The position numbers were made by a program, and so were the translations under genes. A stretch of DNA of 64,000 bases from Chiloscyllium plagiosum (Eukaryota). How positions within the stretch are numbered: the first letter of the stretch is position 1; each line of letters opens with the position of its first letter. Below the pieces are notes generated by a model. The model searched no databases, had not been told where the DNA came from, and worked only from the letters and a program-made list of their open reading frames with translations. This document shows, one piece after another, positions 61,801-64,000 of this stretch. Location of the stretch: assembly GCF_004010195.1 (NCBI RefSeq), contig NC_057753.1:3689514-3753513 (forward strand), read 5' to 3'.

Positions 61801-62199
61801 AACATCCCAAGAAATAACAGTTTGAAGGGATATTGTTCGTGAAGTCATTTTGTTTAATGAAGTCAGAATGGAACAGGTCGACTACCAGTCAGCAACTTGT
61901 TCGGTTTAGCTGACCAGTTGAAAGCATTATGTTTAAAGGTTCATGTGGTGCATTGGTAGTATCCCTACCTCTGGAACAGGATGCCCGATTTGGGTTCAAG
62001 GTCCCATCTCTTCTAGAGGCACGTATAAGCATCTGTTAACAAGTTGGTTAGTAAATATCCAGTGCTCCAGTTTGTGGTAACAGAATGACAATTTGGTCAC
62101 AGGTTGTGAAGAGCCACAGATTGGCTGGAAATCAATTTCATAGCTTACCATGATTGCCATGGCTAGTAGGATGCAAAAGATGCGCATCATAAGAAAATG

Positions 62200-62335
62200 T
62201 CAAGTCAGAATGCTTTGTCCAACTCCCACTCCAGAGATGTGAGTATAACATCCCGGCTGACTGTTCAGTGCAGCACTGAGGAACTGCTGCAGTTTCAGAA
62301 ATGCTGTCTTGCAGATGTGGCAGTAAACCCAATCA
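62200..62335 (+). mobile_element. Old Deu-domain SINE fragment (SacSINE1/AmnSINE1-like)
   Basis: tcccactccagaga...ggctgac...cagtgcagcactgagg...gctg...gtcttgcagatg...taaacc resembles the DeuSINE core as recalled from memory. Confidence 0.55.
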
Positions 62336-62704
62336 TGTGGGTGCTGGAGATCGCATGGATTCTCATAAACTTCCTGTACAATCACGGCAAAAGAAGAAAG
62401 AAAGGCAGTACCAATCAGATTTAGCGAGAAGTGGGAACCACAGGAGACAGAACGCTTTATCACTTTTTGCAATTCCCTTTTTCAAATAAAAGGACACACT
62501 GTGTTTTTAACCCTTGAAAGAAGAGAAGTCCCTGAGATTATTGTTTCACTGGTTAAGCTAATTTAGTTTGATGTTCTGAATCCTGGAAGTTGCACAAGGT
62601 ATTTACTTCATTGGGTCAAAGAAGAAATGATGAATTTTATGTAATTAATATGAATGTGAATTTGAAGACATGAAGGGGTCCAGGCCGTGCCAACATGGAG
62701 ACTT

Positions 62705-63015
62705 CCTTTTTCCCTTGCGAGACTTGGACATCGCTGGCTGGCAAGCATTTTTCTATCGTCCGTCGCTAGTTTCCCCTGCAAAGGTGGTGGTGAGCTGCCT
62801 TCTTCAACTGTTGGAGTCCACATGCTGGAAGTTGTCTCTCAATGCAATTATGGAGAGGACTTCAGGAACTTTAGCCAACGAAATGAAGGAATGGTGGTAT
62901 TTGCAAGTCAGGACTGGTGAGTGGCTTGGAGGGGAACATTACATGGGGTGGTTTTCCCATTTATCTGTTGCCCTTGTCCTTCTAGTTGTAAGTGGTCATT
63001 GTTATGAAGATGTAA
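62705..63015 (-). mobile_element. Old LINE 3' end (CR1/L2-like); related fragments at about 21640-21925
   Basis: Minus strand gaagaaggcagctcaccaccacctt...aaatgcttgccagccagcgatgtcc. Confidence 0.6.
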
Positions 63016-64000
63016 GGGGTTTTGTACTTTTAAGAGAGTTGAAAAGCTAGCAATGACTTAGAGAAGCACAGAGAGTCTGGAACAAGGTAACAACGTAACG
63101 CTTGGTCAGAACAGCTCTCAGATTGGGTTTTAAAGGATTCACAGTCAGGTACAATATTGGATGCTTCACAGGCGAACAAAGTGTGTATGGGATACAAACC
63201 CACTTCTCAAAGAAAATGCACTTTCCGCCAAGAGGCCAGTTAATAATGCCGTATACTATGTCGCCCTTTCAACTATTGTTGCCCCAAATGAAGTCCTTCT
63301 GTCAGTTACTCCTTCTGAAATGCATTAGCTGTTTGGACTGTTCCAGTAGCTGACTGTTGATGGCAGCTTGCACAACAGGTTTCCCCCGGAGTAATCTGAA
63401 GGAGCTGCGTCAGTTGGATAGGCGTTACGAGTTGAAGCCTCGAAATATTATTTTGTTTTTGCAATTATATTCAACGGGTGACTCTATTTTCATCCTTGTA
63501 CTTGGCCTGAAAAGAGGTGTGAATCATCCACCCGAAACCCAACTTCTCAAGAATACTTCTAAAATGTATCAATTTTCAGCAACCAGCACTTCACCACTGA
63601 CTTATATCCATTTGCAAGACGTTGTTGTCGCGACTTGGAATAAGGTTTACCCTCCATCTTTAAATGCTGCAGATGGTTCTGAACCACCTTATGAAACCAC
63701 GGTAAACCACATGTTGCACGTCCATTAGGAGCTGCAAACAAGCTCTCCCGCAGCTCTGCCTCGCAACTGAGGAACAGCATCTGGCGAATGGTTTTGTTTT
63801 GCCACAGATGCCATTATACGTTTCTGTGCACACGTAATTCAAATCGTTACCTCGAAGCTATGTTCTCATGGCAGTTTACCTCCCATTTTATTTACCCACT
63901 CTCCAGTCCTGTGCAAATGGGATTAATTGTTCCAAATCGATGGAACTGCAGTCTTTTGAACAGTGCGCGCTTTAAAATGTAATTCACTGTTAACAGTATG

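Noticed and set aside
63357..63728. 123-aa plus-strand ORF
   Set aside because: Non-ATG first codon, no recognisable motif or splice context.

Overview
Eukaryotic vertebrate DNA, almost certainly from a cartilaginous fish (shark). This is inferred from HE1-type tRNA-derived SINEs, HER1/CR1-type LINEs and the two-exon GPR139-like receptor family. Roughly half or more of the window is decayed transposon sequence: CR1 LINEs, HE1 SINEs, a Gypsy LTR element, a Rex1-like LINE, three families of Penelope-like elements (PLEs) carrying minimal hammerhead ribozyme motifs, and a TA-flanked MITE. Host content: two apparently intact GPR139-like class A GPCR genes (about 1-2 kb and 22.4-26.2 kb) and a decayed third copy (54.7-55.2 kb); a minus-strand multi-exon SRCR (CD163/WC1/DMBT1-like) receptor pseudogene (7.8-16.7 kb); and a 15-finger C2H2 zinc-finger gene (CDS 51165-52460). 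The ZNF gene's probable CCAAT/CpG promoter and non-coding first exon lie at about 42.85-43.03 kb, followed by a 46-bp tandem array carrying seven YY1-type motifs. Most notable: the YY1 array, and the many TSD-flanked, partly palindromic, hammerhead-bearing PLE mini-elements concentrated in the probable ZNF intron. There are two N gaps. Repeat boundaries are approximate and all calls were made by eye without database searches.
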